Under the pieces are notes generated by a model. The model was not told where the DNA came from. It did not search any database and saw only the letters and a program-made list of their open reading frames with translations. From positions 1-54,653 of IMG/VR virus record IMGVR_UViG_3300021368_000936: a DNA stretch of 54,653 nt. One strand, written 5' to 3'. The DNA is from a virus (taxonomy: Duplodnaviria; Caudoviricetes). Shown here piece by piece: positions 37,101 through 46,601 of this stretch; within the stretch, counting starts at the first letter, position 1; each line of letters begins with the position of its first letter. Both the position numbers and the translations under genes were made by a program.

Positions 37101-40100
37101 AACTGGTGACATGACGGTTACTGTCGGTCAGCATGGTCTAGGTGTTGGTCGTAGTGTTGTCCTAGCAGATGAGTCTTTCACCTTCACCTGTGATCAGGAT
37201 AATAACCAGACTCAGCATCAATATCCACGTCCTGGTGTTGACCCATATGCTGGTCAGTCTATCGCTATCACAGCAGTTGGTACAACTTCCCACACCCCAA
37301 CAGACGCTCCTTATGATGCCGCCACTGGTATTGTTGAGTTCACTATTGCTGGTCATGGATTTACTCAAGGCGACTACATCAAGATTGCTGACGATTCTCT
37401 AGATTACACATGTGTTCTAGATGGTAATACCGTAACCAAGTCTTATCCACGTGCTGGTTATGACTATCCATCTGGTCGTTGGTTGGAGATCTCCAACGTA
37501 ACTGGCGATACGTTTGAAGTTAACATTGGTCCATCTTCTTACACTGGAGCACACACTTTTGTAAGTGCTGATCCAAATGCTATCGAGAGACAAGACGGCA
37601 CCTTCACTATCAATGTTGGTACATCTTCCAATACCACAACCCATACATTTATCAGTGCTACTACCAACGCTATTAAGCACGAACCTCAGTCTACACATAC
37701 TTTCGTTGGTACAACTGCTAACTCTATCAAGCACCTACCACAGTCTGCTCACACGTTTGTAAGATCAGCAACCAATTCTCTATCTGTTGGTGGTGATGAA
37801 TTCAAGGTCTATCTTGGAACATCCAGATTCATCCACACGTATGTAAGTGGTGGTACGATTACATTTGGTGGATCTTCTTATAACGTCACTAATTTCGTAT
37901 ATGATAACTTCATTACTGGTACAGCAACTATCACGATTGATACCTCTATTCCTGGTATCTCGGAAGATAATATCGTTCAACTTGCTGGACTTATAGTCGA
38001 GTGTGATATTGATGGCGTTACTACTCAGAAGACTTATCCAAGCTTCAACATTCCAGTCAGTGACGACAAGTGCCGTAGAGATGTTAAACACTTCCTCAAT
38101 GCTCTAACACAAGACCTTGAGTTTGGAAGCAATAACAATATTCTCGATTCTGCTAAGAAGTATATTGATGGTACGAATACTGAAATCACATTCGTAGAGA
38201 ATGAGATGATTCAGACTGTCCGTGCTATTGAGTACGCCAGAGAACTAGCAATCTTCGCTATGAGAAAGTGGAGAACTGGTAATGGCATGGCAGGCGATCC
38301 AATTTATACACCACAGTATTCAACTCTACCAAGATACTTTGACGATACCATTATTGATGACGGCAACAACCCTGCTTGTGACAACGTAAGATCTGCTATC
38401 GATACTCTATCGTATCTCTTCGTTGACGTTCTTGCTAATAACGCTTCTGGTACATATCTAGACGCCGCTTGGTTGATTGCTAGAAACAGACATCACATTG
38501 CTGATGAAGCATACAACGCTGCTATTGTTCAGTTCCCAAATCTAGCACTAGTTAACATTGATGAGAGAAAGTGTCGTAGAGATATTAACTTCATCCTCTC
38601 TGCTGTAATTAGAGACCTTATCCTAGGTGGTAACGCTGGTATTGTAGAAGCTGCCGAGTCTTACTTCACTGGAACTCAACTAACTGGTGTCCCACAATCT
38701 GAGTTGGGTGCTACGATCTACGCCTTCAATGAGGTAAGAGATCTTGCTATCCAAGCAATGAGAAACTGGAAGGATGCTTCTGGTAATAATATTGGTGCTG
38801 CTTTGTACACACCAATCCCAAGATTTACTGACAGCAGTATTCTTCCCGATCCTAATGGCAACCCATTGTGTGCCAACGTCGAATCTTCTATCACAACAGC
38901 ATTCGCTTTCCTAGAAGATGTTCTAGATGGCACCATTCTAAAGGGTGCTACCACAGTTGAAACTGGAACACTCTTCGATACTGTTGGAATCTACACATAT
39001 CCTAGCAGTGTAATTAGAGATGCTGCTGGCAATTACATTACCGTAAGATCTACTTACGATGACCTACCAATTATTGAAGCATCTCCATATACTCAAAACG
39101 CTTCTATCATCTCTAAACTAGGTGGTAGTGGTGCTCTAATTGATGGTTCTAAAGTCAAGAATCCTAACTGCCCATTCCCTGGTCTAGAACTAGACGGAAC
39201 AGCATCCTTCCCCAACCAGGGTAAGTCGATGGTTGCTTCTGCCTTCACGATCGTTTCTGAAGGTGGTACTGGTTATAAGATTATCGAAGATGGTTATGTA
39301 CAGTTGGTTTCGGTCTTCTGTATCTTCACCACTGATGGTATTCTTGCTGAGTCTGGTGGTTACGCTTCTGTTACTAACTCCGCTTCTAACTTCGGTCAGT
39401 TTGCTCTAAGATCTACTGGTTTCAGAAGAGAGGCATATGAGTTTGACGTTGCTCAGATCACTAACGTTTCTTCTACTCCAACTGGCAGAACAATCTTGTC
39501 TGTTAGTGGACTTGGAAGAGAACCACTTGAGCACTATGTTGCCAAGATTGATGGTTTCGAGAATGTCAACCCTGATATTGAATACTTTATTGACGTTGTA
39601 GAAGGCGTCACAGTTGGTCCTCCTTTCTCTGCTCAGATTACTCTTGAGTCTGGTTCTGGTGGTCCTGCTGAATTTAAAAATATTTCTACAGGTAACGTTA
39701 TTGCTCTGTCAGCTCTGGTTGGTGAAACCGTCAGACTACACAGACCATCTATCGTTAACTCCTCTTCCCACACCTGGGAATACGCTGGTTCTGGTACTAG
39801 CTACCTTGCTCTACCTGAAAACGGTGGTGTTAAGATCGAAGCAAACGAGCAAGTCTCCGAGAACTATGGTAGAACATACGTCTCTGGTACTGACGAACTA
39901 GGTGACTTCAAGGTTGGTACATTCGCTAGAATTGAGAACAGAACTGGTAACATCACCTTCACGGGTACGGTTACGATCTCGGAAGTTGAATTCTTGAAAC
40001 TGAAAGGTGGTGACGTTGTTGTTACTGGTTTCGACAACAGCAACACACTGGGTGGTGCTAACGCTACCGACTCCAAACTACCAACACAGAAGGCGGTTAA

Positions 40101-43100
40101 GGACTTCATTACAAACAACCTTGGTCCCTTCATCAACAAACCATATTCTACGAACCCAGTTCCTAGAGCACTGGTTGAACTTACTGACTCTGGTAAGATC
40201 TCCGAAGATCAGATTCCACCTCTACGTCCTTTCCAGGTCTTCACTGTTGCTGACCAGGCAGAAAGAGTTGCTATCGAAGGAGCACTTGCTGGTGACATCG
40301 CTATCCAACAGGATACATCAACGTCATTCATTCTAAACAATGATAACGATAGTTTGTTCGTATCGTTCCCAGTAGACACCACTCTACAATTTACTATCGG
40401 TGATGTCTTTACTGGCGATGTATCTGGTGGTAAGATTCAGGCAACTGAATACAGACAAGGTGTTGTATATCAGATTAACATCACTGATGGTGGTTCTGGT
40501 TACATCACACCTCCTGTTGTTACTGTATCTGGTGGTAATCCACAAGCAGGTGCTGTCACAGCAAATATCACAACCGAGATTGCTAACGGTCAGGTTGTTA
40601 TCATGAACATTGAGTTGTTCAATGGTTTCGTTGGTGGTAAAGGATACACTACACCACCTACCATCACTATTGCTGCTCCTGCTGGTTCTGGTACACAAGC
40701 AACCGCTAATGCTTTGATTGAAAGCAGACTCTATGGTGATATCGTTAACAACGTTAAGATTGTTGATACTGACACTATCGAATCTAGTGATCTCCCAGCA
40801 GAGACAATTAACATTACTAGAGTTATCAATACTTCTGCTTCTGATATCAACAACTGGGTATCTCTATCATCTAATCAGATCGCTGCTAGTGACATTACTT
40901 CTGGAACTATTTCAACTGCTCGTCTAGCAACTAACGCTGCTGGTTCGGAATCTGCTGCTAACTCCTTCACCTTCCTAAGAGGTGACCAAGCATATGCTCC
41001 TGCCGTACAAACAATCAAGGGTCCTGAGACTAGATACTTTGCTAAACTCAAGACTCAAGCAAACAGCGGCGCTTCTCAGCTGATCTTTGATTCTAACTCG
41101 AACTTTATTAAGGGTCATGAAGTTATACAAATTACTGGTATTCAGTCTGACACTAACATTGATGGTGTTCTAACTGAAGCAGGTGAGACCACTGTTACTC
41201 TAGACAAGTTCTTAACAGCAACTCTATCTGCTGGAACAGTTCTAGAATTCAACAGAGGATCTTCCCCACTAACCTTCGAATCTTCTCAGACTCAAGGTGA
41301 ATTCGTTGAACAGATTGTTATTCAGAATGGTGGTCAGGGCTTCGATGCTGGTCCATTCTTCAACGTTCCTCTCGCTGGTGGTAACGGAACAGGTCTGAGA
41401 GTTAACATCATCACAACTGGTGGTGTAGTTACCGACGTTACTATCGTCAATGGTGGCGAAGGATATGGTCAGAATACCAGTCAACAGAACGTTGACTTTA
41501 TCGTATCTTCCGCTCCTTCTGAGATTGGACCTGGAACGGGTCTAGTCCTACTAGCAAAAGTAACTACAGTTCTAAGACAGTATGCTAACGTTGCTGTTGA
41601 TATCAACAGAGTTACTGATCTAACTACATCTGGTGATGCCTACGGTACACTTGGTGTTGCTAGATTCCTCAAGCAACAGTTCTTGATTGGCGAAGCAGGT
41701 AACGGTTCTGTTGCTATCAACACTGGTCCTGACTCTGGTCTTGACGCTGACACCCTGGACGGTGCTCAAGGTTCGTTCTACCTGAACGCAGGTAACATGA
41801 ATGCTGGTACTTTGCCTGTTGATAGACTATCTGGTACGTACAACATTAACATTTCCAACCAGTCTGGTAGTACCCTCAGATTGAGAACTGCTACCAGCAC
41901 TCCAACAGGTAACCCAACACCAGACCAGTTTGCTGCTGGTATCATCGCTGATACCAAGAACAATAACGCCGACAACCTCTTTGACGGTGGCACCAGACAT
42001 ATGGTGATGACCCTAAGAAATGGTGGTACTGACTTTGACGCTACCTTCGGTGGTGTTAGACAACTCGCCTTCACCGATGGTACTGCCAGCAATGGTGGTA
42101 ACATGTGGATTCGTGGTTCGTTCAACAGTCCAGCAAACCAGTTTGGTGACTGGTATAAGATTTGGAGTTCTGGTAACCACGGTGAACTCAGCGGACTAGA
42201 CGCTGACAAGATGGATGGTCGCCAAGGTAAGTGGTATCAGACTGCCACTCACATTAACTACGGATACTTCAGTGACAACCGTCTACCAAAACTTCAAACT
42301 GAGAAGGACATCCTCAAGACATTCAGACTCCTTGATTGGACTGGTACTCCTAGATACAATGTTCTTGTTCGTGACGAGCTTCTTAACGCCGCTCCATTCC
42401 AAGTTGGTACACCAGTCAACTTGTATGACAATGGTGGTAACGGTGTAGGTGAAATCACCCTAACCAAGGTAACACCTGTACAAGACGTTAACGACGCTGC
42501 CAACAACTACACAATGTTGACTGGTAGTTTGACATCGGGTGATTTTACTGATGCCAACGGTAACCAGGACGCCTTCTTTATTGGTACTGGTGGTGTTGCC
42601 AACGCTTTTGCTTTCCAAGACTGGGGAGTTTCTCCAGTTGATCAAGATGCTGATGGTAGAGCAGATGGTACATTCGAAGTTGCTGAACTAATCAGTGACG
42701 GTGGTGCTGCTCAATTGAAACTAGGCAGAGTTGATGGTCAAGTATCCACTTCTCCATCGATCTACTTCAGATCTTCTCAGCAAGCATCTAGCACTTACAA
42801 CACAGCAATTATTGCTTCTGGTGGTTCTGGTGGTCAGGGTGATGGTGCCCTAGAACTCAAGGTTGGCACTGCCAACTCCTTGACTGTAAATGGCAACATC
42901 ATCTGGAATGCTGCTAACGTATCACCCACCGTACAAAACATTGGTTCTGTTTATACAGGAACCAATAGTTCTGACTTTGATCCTGCTAACCCAGAAGACA
43001 ACGTAACTCTAAGAAACGTTGTCATGAGAGATCTCAATGGCAACTTTACTGCTGGAACAATTACTGCTTCTTTGACTGGTGCTGCTTCGGACAACGTTCT

Positions 43101-44337
43101 GAAGGCAGGCGATACAATGACTGGGGCTCTAACCATCACCAACGTTGTTGCTGCTAACCAAGCACTGAGCGTATCTGGTAGAGCAGACTTCTTGAGCAAT
43201 ATCACAGTTTCTGAAGATCTAACAGTTGATACAAATACATTCCACGTAGATGCCACAGACAACTCAGTCTGTATTGGTACTACTTCTTCTGATTCTTCTC
43301 TCAAACTACTGATCACCGAGACTGGTGCTCAAGATGCCATCATGAGAATGTATGGTCAATCAGTTAGCGGTACTCAGTATGACCCAGTAATTCAAATGCT
43401 AGGTCAGGGTAATAATCCTACTGAAGAAGGTTTTGAACTAAGATATGATAATTCTACTGGTGAAGTATTCTTCAAGCAACTGTTTAGTGGTATTACTACC
43501 ACATCAGCATTTGTGTTCAGCACTGCTAACTTCAGCAATGCCCTAGAAATTACTGGTAACGGTAATTTGGGTATTCAGATGACGCCAGCTGATGCCTATG
43601 AACTGGATGTCAACGGTAACATTAGAACCGAGACATCATTGACTGTTGGTTATGCCAACGCCAACGCTGGTGCTACTATGGTATTCGGTGGTGCCACTGG
43701 TGCTGCTCTATCTACCCCAACTGCTGCTCAGTCTCAGATCTCTAACTTCAGAATTGGTAACCAACTATCTACCAGTGACGTATTTGAGATTACTGCTAAC
43801 GATGGAGCATCTGGTTCTCTAGTTTGGAAAGCGACTCCAGCACTTGCTGTTCAAGGTTCTTACAACAGAGTTGCTATTAACACTGATCAGTTTGGTGGAG
43901 TTGACCCTGAGGATAATACCCAGAGATATTACAGTCTGAATATCCAGGGTGACATGAATATCAACGGTCTTGTCTACCAGAACAACAGTGAGTTTGTTAC
44001 CTCACGTTGGACCGAGGCAGATAATGAAGCCGATATCTACAGAGACTCTAAAGTTTGGATCAACCCAGACATTAATGTCAATGGATTCACTGGAAACCCA
44101 ACATACGATCTACAAATCGGTGGTGGAACTGAAAATGGTGACCTAGGCATGACTGGCATCTTGTATGTCAACGATGCTGCTCAGTGGATTGATACCTTGG
44201 GTATCATTAAGACTAACCCAGACACGATTGCTGAAGATGTCACAATCCCAGCAAACACCAACGCCACCTCCGCTGGTCCAATCACCATTCCAAACGGCGT
44301 AACCATTGATGTTATTGGACAATGGTCCATCGTCTGA
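34159..44337 (+). CDS. Giant tail-fibre protein (3392 aa): interrupted beta-helix, nested beta-domain stalk, two phycobiliprotein-like domains, SGLDAD fibre motifs
   Basis: IYVSQQIGSDLNDGRSAVNPVRTIKKA beta-helix cap; SGLDADTLDG and SGLDADKMDG; C-terminal SAGPITI...WSIV. Confidence 0.85.
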   Translation: MSFKFNSDREQLRAIAPSLIGDEVLSIRSGTGADEKEVLRTLLDPDTKLPRVGINRTGSRIDRYVITNQGSGYTQLPSVTVAAPPPGPNARQAFASASVSAEGRVTGLLIDDPGDGYTSAPAVSITGGNGAGADAEAFLDTVDFELDINGAIRTSTSIISDTARILNLDIDNLVTPDAQLRAPNLKTFINNTGTQWVADKFYQKDSFVVRGPNVYQALTTGYSSANPLDPPLHIDGIQTNGNSLDDLTRPGVSFKHIGFRVADENEVYYNETGEAGIYPRSITPLLGDKSDKIATTEYVLNLATNDVGGRIYVSQQIGSDLNDGRSAVNPVRTIKKACQLAWQTPGVKESIIISGGDYTEDNPISIPPDASIVGDNLRLVIIRPSNPRKHIFKFGDKNYVIGVTYRDQEGADTFTWDFAMVFDDKQRITYAADTNGDFGTSFPVGTQVFGEDAFRADFQDNGGLSSLVAGVEMRGVNGGVIESTRVEFDAITGASAYITGEFDYRNISGGITAGETLSYGGANTLRFAPNTAYTVGQIVWTSDHTYSVSAAGTSGETNPTHDAGAAGNGPDTLEFTYIRDTYTLVTTDVISIRPEGEVVFEDIPNPEAPALPIYRIDFSQQGQDAIATGGYQDPGTPEDLGGIIFYTNALQGADNIHDFKEGQEIFIEGLSTSAPDLSMLNGIQRIYKVIEDPDGRSRRFVIPKKLPLLTNDNYDPGQFAAVRSVAKSVTLSLLNSPFKFNQANPVARRYQDACLQIKNNREFIADEVVGRINDEFKKEYFSIYDIGGSAAQQFTPTNVTYDPATGISTFTVANHGLVAGDGVSIADNSLVFTCAMDGNKTEHSSPQSDYYSSGKALPVLSSGLTTNTFQLNVGVSGPDQQFTPSDAVYNPATGDLTINLNTTHGLDVGEGIVIDDNSLSFTCDMDNNQSTKTYPRPGIDPYAGRSINITAVPSDTEITVNVGASAANKYFTPSAADYNPVTGDMTVTVGQHGLGVGRSVVLADESFTFTCDQDNNQTQHQYPRPGVDPYAGQSIAITAVGTTSHTPTDAPYDAATGIVEFTIAGHGFTQGDYIKIADDSLDYTCVLDGNTVTKSYPRAGYDYPSGRWLEISNVTGDTFEVNIGPSSYTGAHTFVSADPNAIERQDGTFTINVGTSSNTTTHTFISATTNAIKHEPQSTHTFVGTTANSIKHLPQSAHTFVRSATNSLSVGGDEFKVYLGTSRFIHTYVSGGTITFGGSSYNVTNFVYDNFITGTATITIDTSIPGISEDNIVQLAGLIVECDIDGVTTQKTYPSFNIPVSDDKCRRDVKHFLNALTQDLEFGSNNNILDSAKKYIDGTNTEITFVENEMIQTVRAIEYARELAIFAMRKWRTGNGMAGDPIYTPQYSTLPRYFDDTIIDDGNNPACDNVRSAIDTLSYLFVDVLANNASGTYLDAAWLIARNRHHIADEAYNAAIVQFPNLALVNIDERKCRRDINFILSAVIRDLILGGNAGIVEAAESYFTGTQLTGVPQSELGATIYAFNEVRDLAIQAMRNWKDASGNNIGAALYTPIPRFTDSSILPDPNGNPLCANVESSITTAFAFLEDVLDGTILKGATTVETGTLFDTVGIYTYPSSVIRDAAGNYITVRSTYDDLPIIEASPYTQNASIISKLGGSGALIDGSKVKNPNCPFPGLELDGTASFPNQGKSMVASAFTIVSEGGTGYKIIEDGYVQLVSVFCIFTTDGILAESGGYASVTNSASNFGQFALRSTGFRREAYEFDVAQITNVSSTPTGRTILSVSGLGREPLEHYVAKIDGFENVNPDIEYFIDVVEGVTVGPPFSAQITLESGSGGPAEFKNISTGNVIALSALVGETVRLHRPSIVNSSSHTWEYAGSGTSYLALPENGGVKIEANEQVSENYGRTYVSGTDELGDFKVGTFARIENRTGNITFTGTVTISEVEFLKLKGGDVVVTGFDNSNTLGGANATDSKLPTQKAVKDFITNNLGPFINKPYSTNPVPRALVELTDSGKISEDQIPPLRPFQVFTVADQAERVAIEGALAGDIAIQQDTSTSFILNNDNDSLFVSFPVDTTLQFTIGDVFTGDVSGGKIQATEYRQGVVYQINITDGGSGYITPPVVTVSGGNPQAGAVTANITTEIANGQVVIMNIELFNGFVGGKGYTTPPTITIAAPAGSGTQATANALIESRLYGDIVNNVKIVDTDTIESSDLPAETINITRVINTSASDINNWVSLSSNQIAASDITSGTISTARLATNAAGSESAANSFTFLRGDQAYAPAVQTIKGPETRYFAKLKTQANSGASQLIFDSNSNFIKGHEVIQITGIQSDTNIDGVLTEAGETTVTLDKFLTATLSAGTVLEFNRGSSPLTFESSQTQGEFVEQIVIQNGGQGFDAGPFFNVPLAGGNGTGLRVNIITTGGVVTDVTIVNGGEGYGQNTSQQNVDFIVSSAPSEIGPGTGLVLLAKVTTVLRQYANVAVDINRVTDLTTSGDAYGTLGVARFLKQQFLIGEAGNGSVAINTGPDSGLDADTLDGAQGSFYLNAGNMNAGTLPVDRLSGTYNINISNQSGSTLRLRTATSTPTGNPTPDQFAAGIIADTKNNNADNLFDGGTRHMVMTLRNGGTDFDATFGGVRQLAFTDGTASNGGNMWIRGSFNSPANQFGDWYKIWSSGNHGELSGLDADKMDGRQGKWYQTATHINYGYFSDNRLPKLQTEKDILKTFRLLDWTGTPRYNVLVRDELLNAAPFQVGTPVNLYDNGGNGVGEITLTKVTPVQDVNDAANNYTMLTGSLTSGDFTDANGNQDAFFIGTGGVANAFAFQDWGVSPVDQDADGRADGTFEVAELISDGGAAQLKLGRVDGQVSTSPSIYFRSSQQASSTYNTAIIASGGSGGQGDGALELKVGTANSLTVNGNIIWNAANVSPTVQNIGSVYTGTNSSDFDPANPEDNVTLRNVVMRDLNGNFTAGTITASLTGAASDNVLKAGDTMTGALTITNVVAANQALSVSGRADFLSNITVSEDLTVDTNTFHVDATDNSVCIGTTSSDSSLKLLITETGAQDAIMRMYGQSVSGTQYDPVIQMLGQGNNPTEEGFELRYDNSTGEVFFKQLFSGITTTSAFVFSTANFSNALEITGNGNLGIQMTPADAYELDVNGNIRTETSLTVGYANANAGATMVFGGATGAALSTPTAAQSQISNFRIGNQLSTSDVFEITANDGASGSLVWKATPALAVQGSYNRVAINTDQFGGVDPEDNTQRYYSLNIQGDMNINGLVYQNNSEFVTSRWTEADNEADIYRDSKVWINPDINVNGFTGNPTYDLQIGGGTENGDLGMTGILYVNDAAQWIDTLGIIKTNPDTIAEDVTIPANTNATSAGPITIPNGVTIDVIGQWSIV
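36532..37790 (+). repeat. Four ~90-aa internal repeats with four clustered closing strands
   Basis: (F/H)TP....Y...TG....T...HG.......DD/DNSL.FTC..D.N.....P four times, then HTF(V/I)....N(A/S)(I/L) four times. Confidence 0.85.
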
Positions 44338-44347
44338 TAAATAAATA
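44338..44347 (+). promoter_or_regulatory. Late promoter(s) TAAATAAATA
   Basis: Intergenic, before the first glycine-rich gene. Confidence 0.7.
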
Positions 44348-44378
44348 ATAGTACCAGGATAACCACGAACTTACTGCT

Positions 44379-45434
44379 ATGTCAACTCTTAATGTAGGGA
44401 CTATCACGCTGTCTTCAGGATTGACGCTCCCAACCTATACTTCAAACCCTGATAACAGACCAGGACACTCTGCTGGTAGAACCATTTTTGATACCGTCAC
44501 AAACACTATTCAAGTGTCAGATGGCAGTCAATGGATTTCTGCTGGTGCTAGTGGTAGTGGTTTGATTTCTGCTACAGGTGGTGAGATTACATTCTCTGGA
44601 TCGTATAAAGTACACACTTTTACTCAAGTAGGACAATATAACTTCGCTGTTTCTAGTGCCGCTGGCGGTGCTACTGCTGAAGTTCTTGTCGTTGCTGGTG
44701 GTGGTGCTGGTGGCACCATTGGTGGTGGCGGTGGTGGAGGCGGTGTTTGCCACCACTCGGCATATCCTATCTCTGCTGGTTCATATCAAGTTACTGTTGG
44801 TGCTGGTGCTATTTGTCCTCTAGCTGGTTATCCTTCACCCAAGGGCGTTCAAGCAGGTCCTAGTAAGTTCGGATCTCACGAAGCATATGGTGGTGGTCCT
44901 GGTGGATCTTGGAGTGGTCAAACTAATGAGTATGGCACCGATGGTGGTTCGGGTGGTGGCGGAACTGGTCCTGGTCCTGATGCTTTCGGTGGAAGTGCTA
45001 CTCAAGGCATTGCTCCTGGTGGTGGACAAGTTTATGGAAACCCTGGTTACAATGGTGGCAACAAAACTAGTGGCACACACTCTGGAACCCACACAGGTGG
45101 CGGTGGCGGTGGAGCTAACCCCAACAACACTCGTAACGGAAGAGTCGGTGGTGATGGTGTAAACATTATGGGATATGTCGTCGGTGGCGGCGGCGGTGGC
45201 GGTTCCCACGAAAACTATGCTAACTCTCCTATTTCTACACCTGCTGCTCCTGGTGGTGGCGGTCGTGGCGCTGGAAGAGCTTCCCAGTTTGCTGGTGGTG
45301 GTGGTCTAGGGTTCGGTGAGCCTGGTGTCACAAACACTGGTGGCGGCGGCGGAGGCGGCTGGTATAATGGAGGTGGCACTGGACAAGGTGGTGCTGGCGC
45401 TCCTGGTATCGTCGTTGTCAGACACTCCGTATGA
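44379..45434 (+). CDS. Glycine-rich fibre-tip/adhesin-like protein A
   Basis: MSTLNVG N-terminus; YKVHTFT...VLVVAGGGAGG...GGGGGGV; C-terminal GGAGAPGIVVVR (polyglycine-II domain). Confidence 0.85.
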   Translation: MSTLNVGTITLSSGLTLPTYTSNPDNRPGHSAGRTIFDTVTNTIQVSDGSQWISAGASGSGLISATGGEITFSGSYKVHTFTQVGQYNFAVSSAAGGATAEVLVVAGGGAGGTIGGGGGGGGVCHHSAYPISAGSYQVTVGAGAICPLAGYPSPKGVQAGPSKFGSHEAYGGGPGGSWSGQTNEYGTDGGSGGGGTGPGPDAFGGSATQGIAPGGGQVYGNPGYNGGNKTSGTHSGTHTGGGGGGANPNNTRNGRVGGDGVNIMGYVVGGGGGGGSHENYANSPISTPAAPGGGGRGAGRASQFAGGGGLGFGEPGVTNTGGGGGGGWYNGGGTGQGGAGAPGIVVVRHSV

Positions 45435-45442
45435 GGTAATTA

Positions 45443-45940
45443 ATGCTTTATGATGTAATTGAAAATTTTCTCGAAGAAGAAGATTTTAGTGAACTTGTAA
45501 AACAAACTTTAAATAACCCATATTTCCCATTGTTTCTGAAGCAGCGTGTTGCTGCTTCCTGGACGGACGATGGGATTTATTTTACCCATTGCTTTTGGCA
45601 GGGAGATCGGATAAGTAGTGATTTCTTTCAACCGATTGAGCCTGTAATCAAAAAGTTAGACGCTGAAAAACTTATAAGAATTCAGTTTAATCTATACCCA
45701 CCGACCGCTGAAACAGTAAGGCACGACTGGCATATTGATCAACCAGACGATCACAAGGGTTGTATTTTGTATCTAAATACTAATGACGGACAAACGTTGT
45801 TGAGAGAATCCGAAACCAGTGCTATAGGTATTAACTCTATTGCTAACCGAGCACTGTTCTTCAATCCAGCAAAACCTCACTGTAGTACAACTTGTACTGA
45901 TCAAAAATTTAGATCTAATATTATCTTCAACTATGAGTGA
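45443..45940 (+). CDS. 2OG-Fe(II) oxygenase-superfamily protein
   Basis: WHID...ILYLNTNDG.T...NRALFF...H...R; HxD...H triad plus Arg. Confidence 0.8.
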   Translation: MLYDVIENFLEEEDFSELVKQTLNNPYFPLFLKQRVAASWTDDGIYFTHCFWQGDRISSDFFQPIEPVIKKLDAEKLIRIQFNLYPPTAETVRHDWHIDQPDDHKGCILYLNTNDGQTLLRESETSAIGINSIANRALFFNPAKPHCSTTCTDQKFRSNIIFNYE

Positions 45941-46601
45941 ACTACATAATGTGTTTTCCATACCTGTGTGGAAAACAAAAATTACTGAATCTGATTACAA
46001 CAAAAAATTAATTCTCAACGAAATGCTGGACAACTTTAAAGTTGATCCAAAGAGAAACACTTGGGATAAGGTGATGCCCACTACTATGAAAAGTGTGTGG
46101 CATCATTCTAATAATGATGAAGATGATAAAAGATTCACAAATATCAGTTACGAAGAGTCTGGACTTACTAAAGTAATAGATTCTAGAATTAGAGAATTCT
46201 TTTCTCATTGTAGATTCATATCTGATGTAAACTACTTCTTCCAGATTACAAACTACACTGTATCTACAGAGGGTTATTTCTTGACTAGTCATGGGCACGG
46301 ACAGGACTCATTTAGTTCTGTGTTGTTCTTACAATATGATAAGTTCAATCATCCATCGACGTATTTTAATAATCCATATTCAGCAGCAGATCAAACACGC
46401 TGGTTACAAAAAGATCTGTATGATTCTATTGATCACAGCGATCCATTCTTTAGTTACTTCCAAGATGTATGGTCTATTGAAACTGAAGAAGATGACTACA
46501 TGATCTTTCCTGGTCATGTCAAACATGAAGTTCCTACTGTAGGAAAATCAGACAAAGAACGTGTTACTATTTCCTGTAATATTAAAGTGTACAAATCATG
46601 A
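45933..46601 (+). CDS. Putative 2OG-Fe(II) oxygenase (TIGR02466-like, HxH)
   Basis: VFSIPVW, HGH...SSVLF, IFPGHVKHEV, RVTISCN; start corrected to ATG 45933. Confidence 0.8.
   Translation: MSELHNVFSIPVWKTKITESDYNKKLILNEMLDNFKVDPKRNTWDKVMPTTMKSVWHHSNNDEDDKRFTNISYEESGLTKVIDSRIREFFSHCRFISDVNYFFQITNYTVSTEGYFLTSHGHGQDSFSSVLFLQYDKFNHPSTYFNNPYSAADQTRWLQKDLYDSIDHSDPFFSYFQDVWSIETEEDDYMIFPGHVKHEVPTVGKSDKERVTISCNIKVYKS

Noticed and set aside
45443-45940. Possible 'endonuclease V' label sometimes attached to such cyanophage proteins
   Set aside because: The sequence shows HxD...H...R DSBH oxygenase motifs, not DenV motifs.
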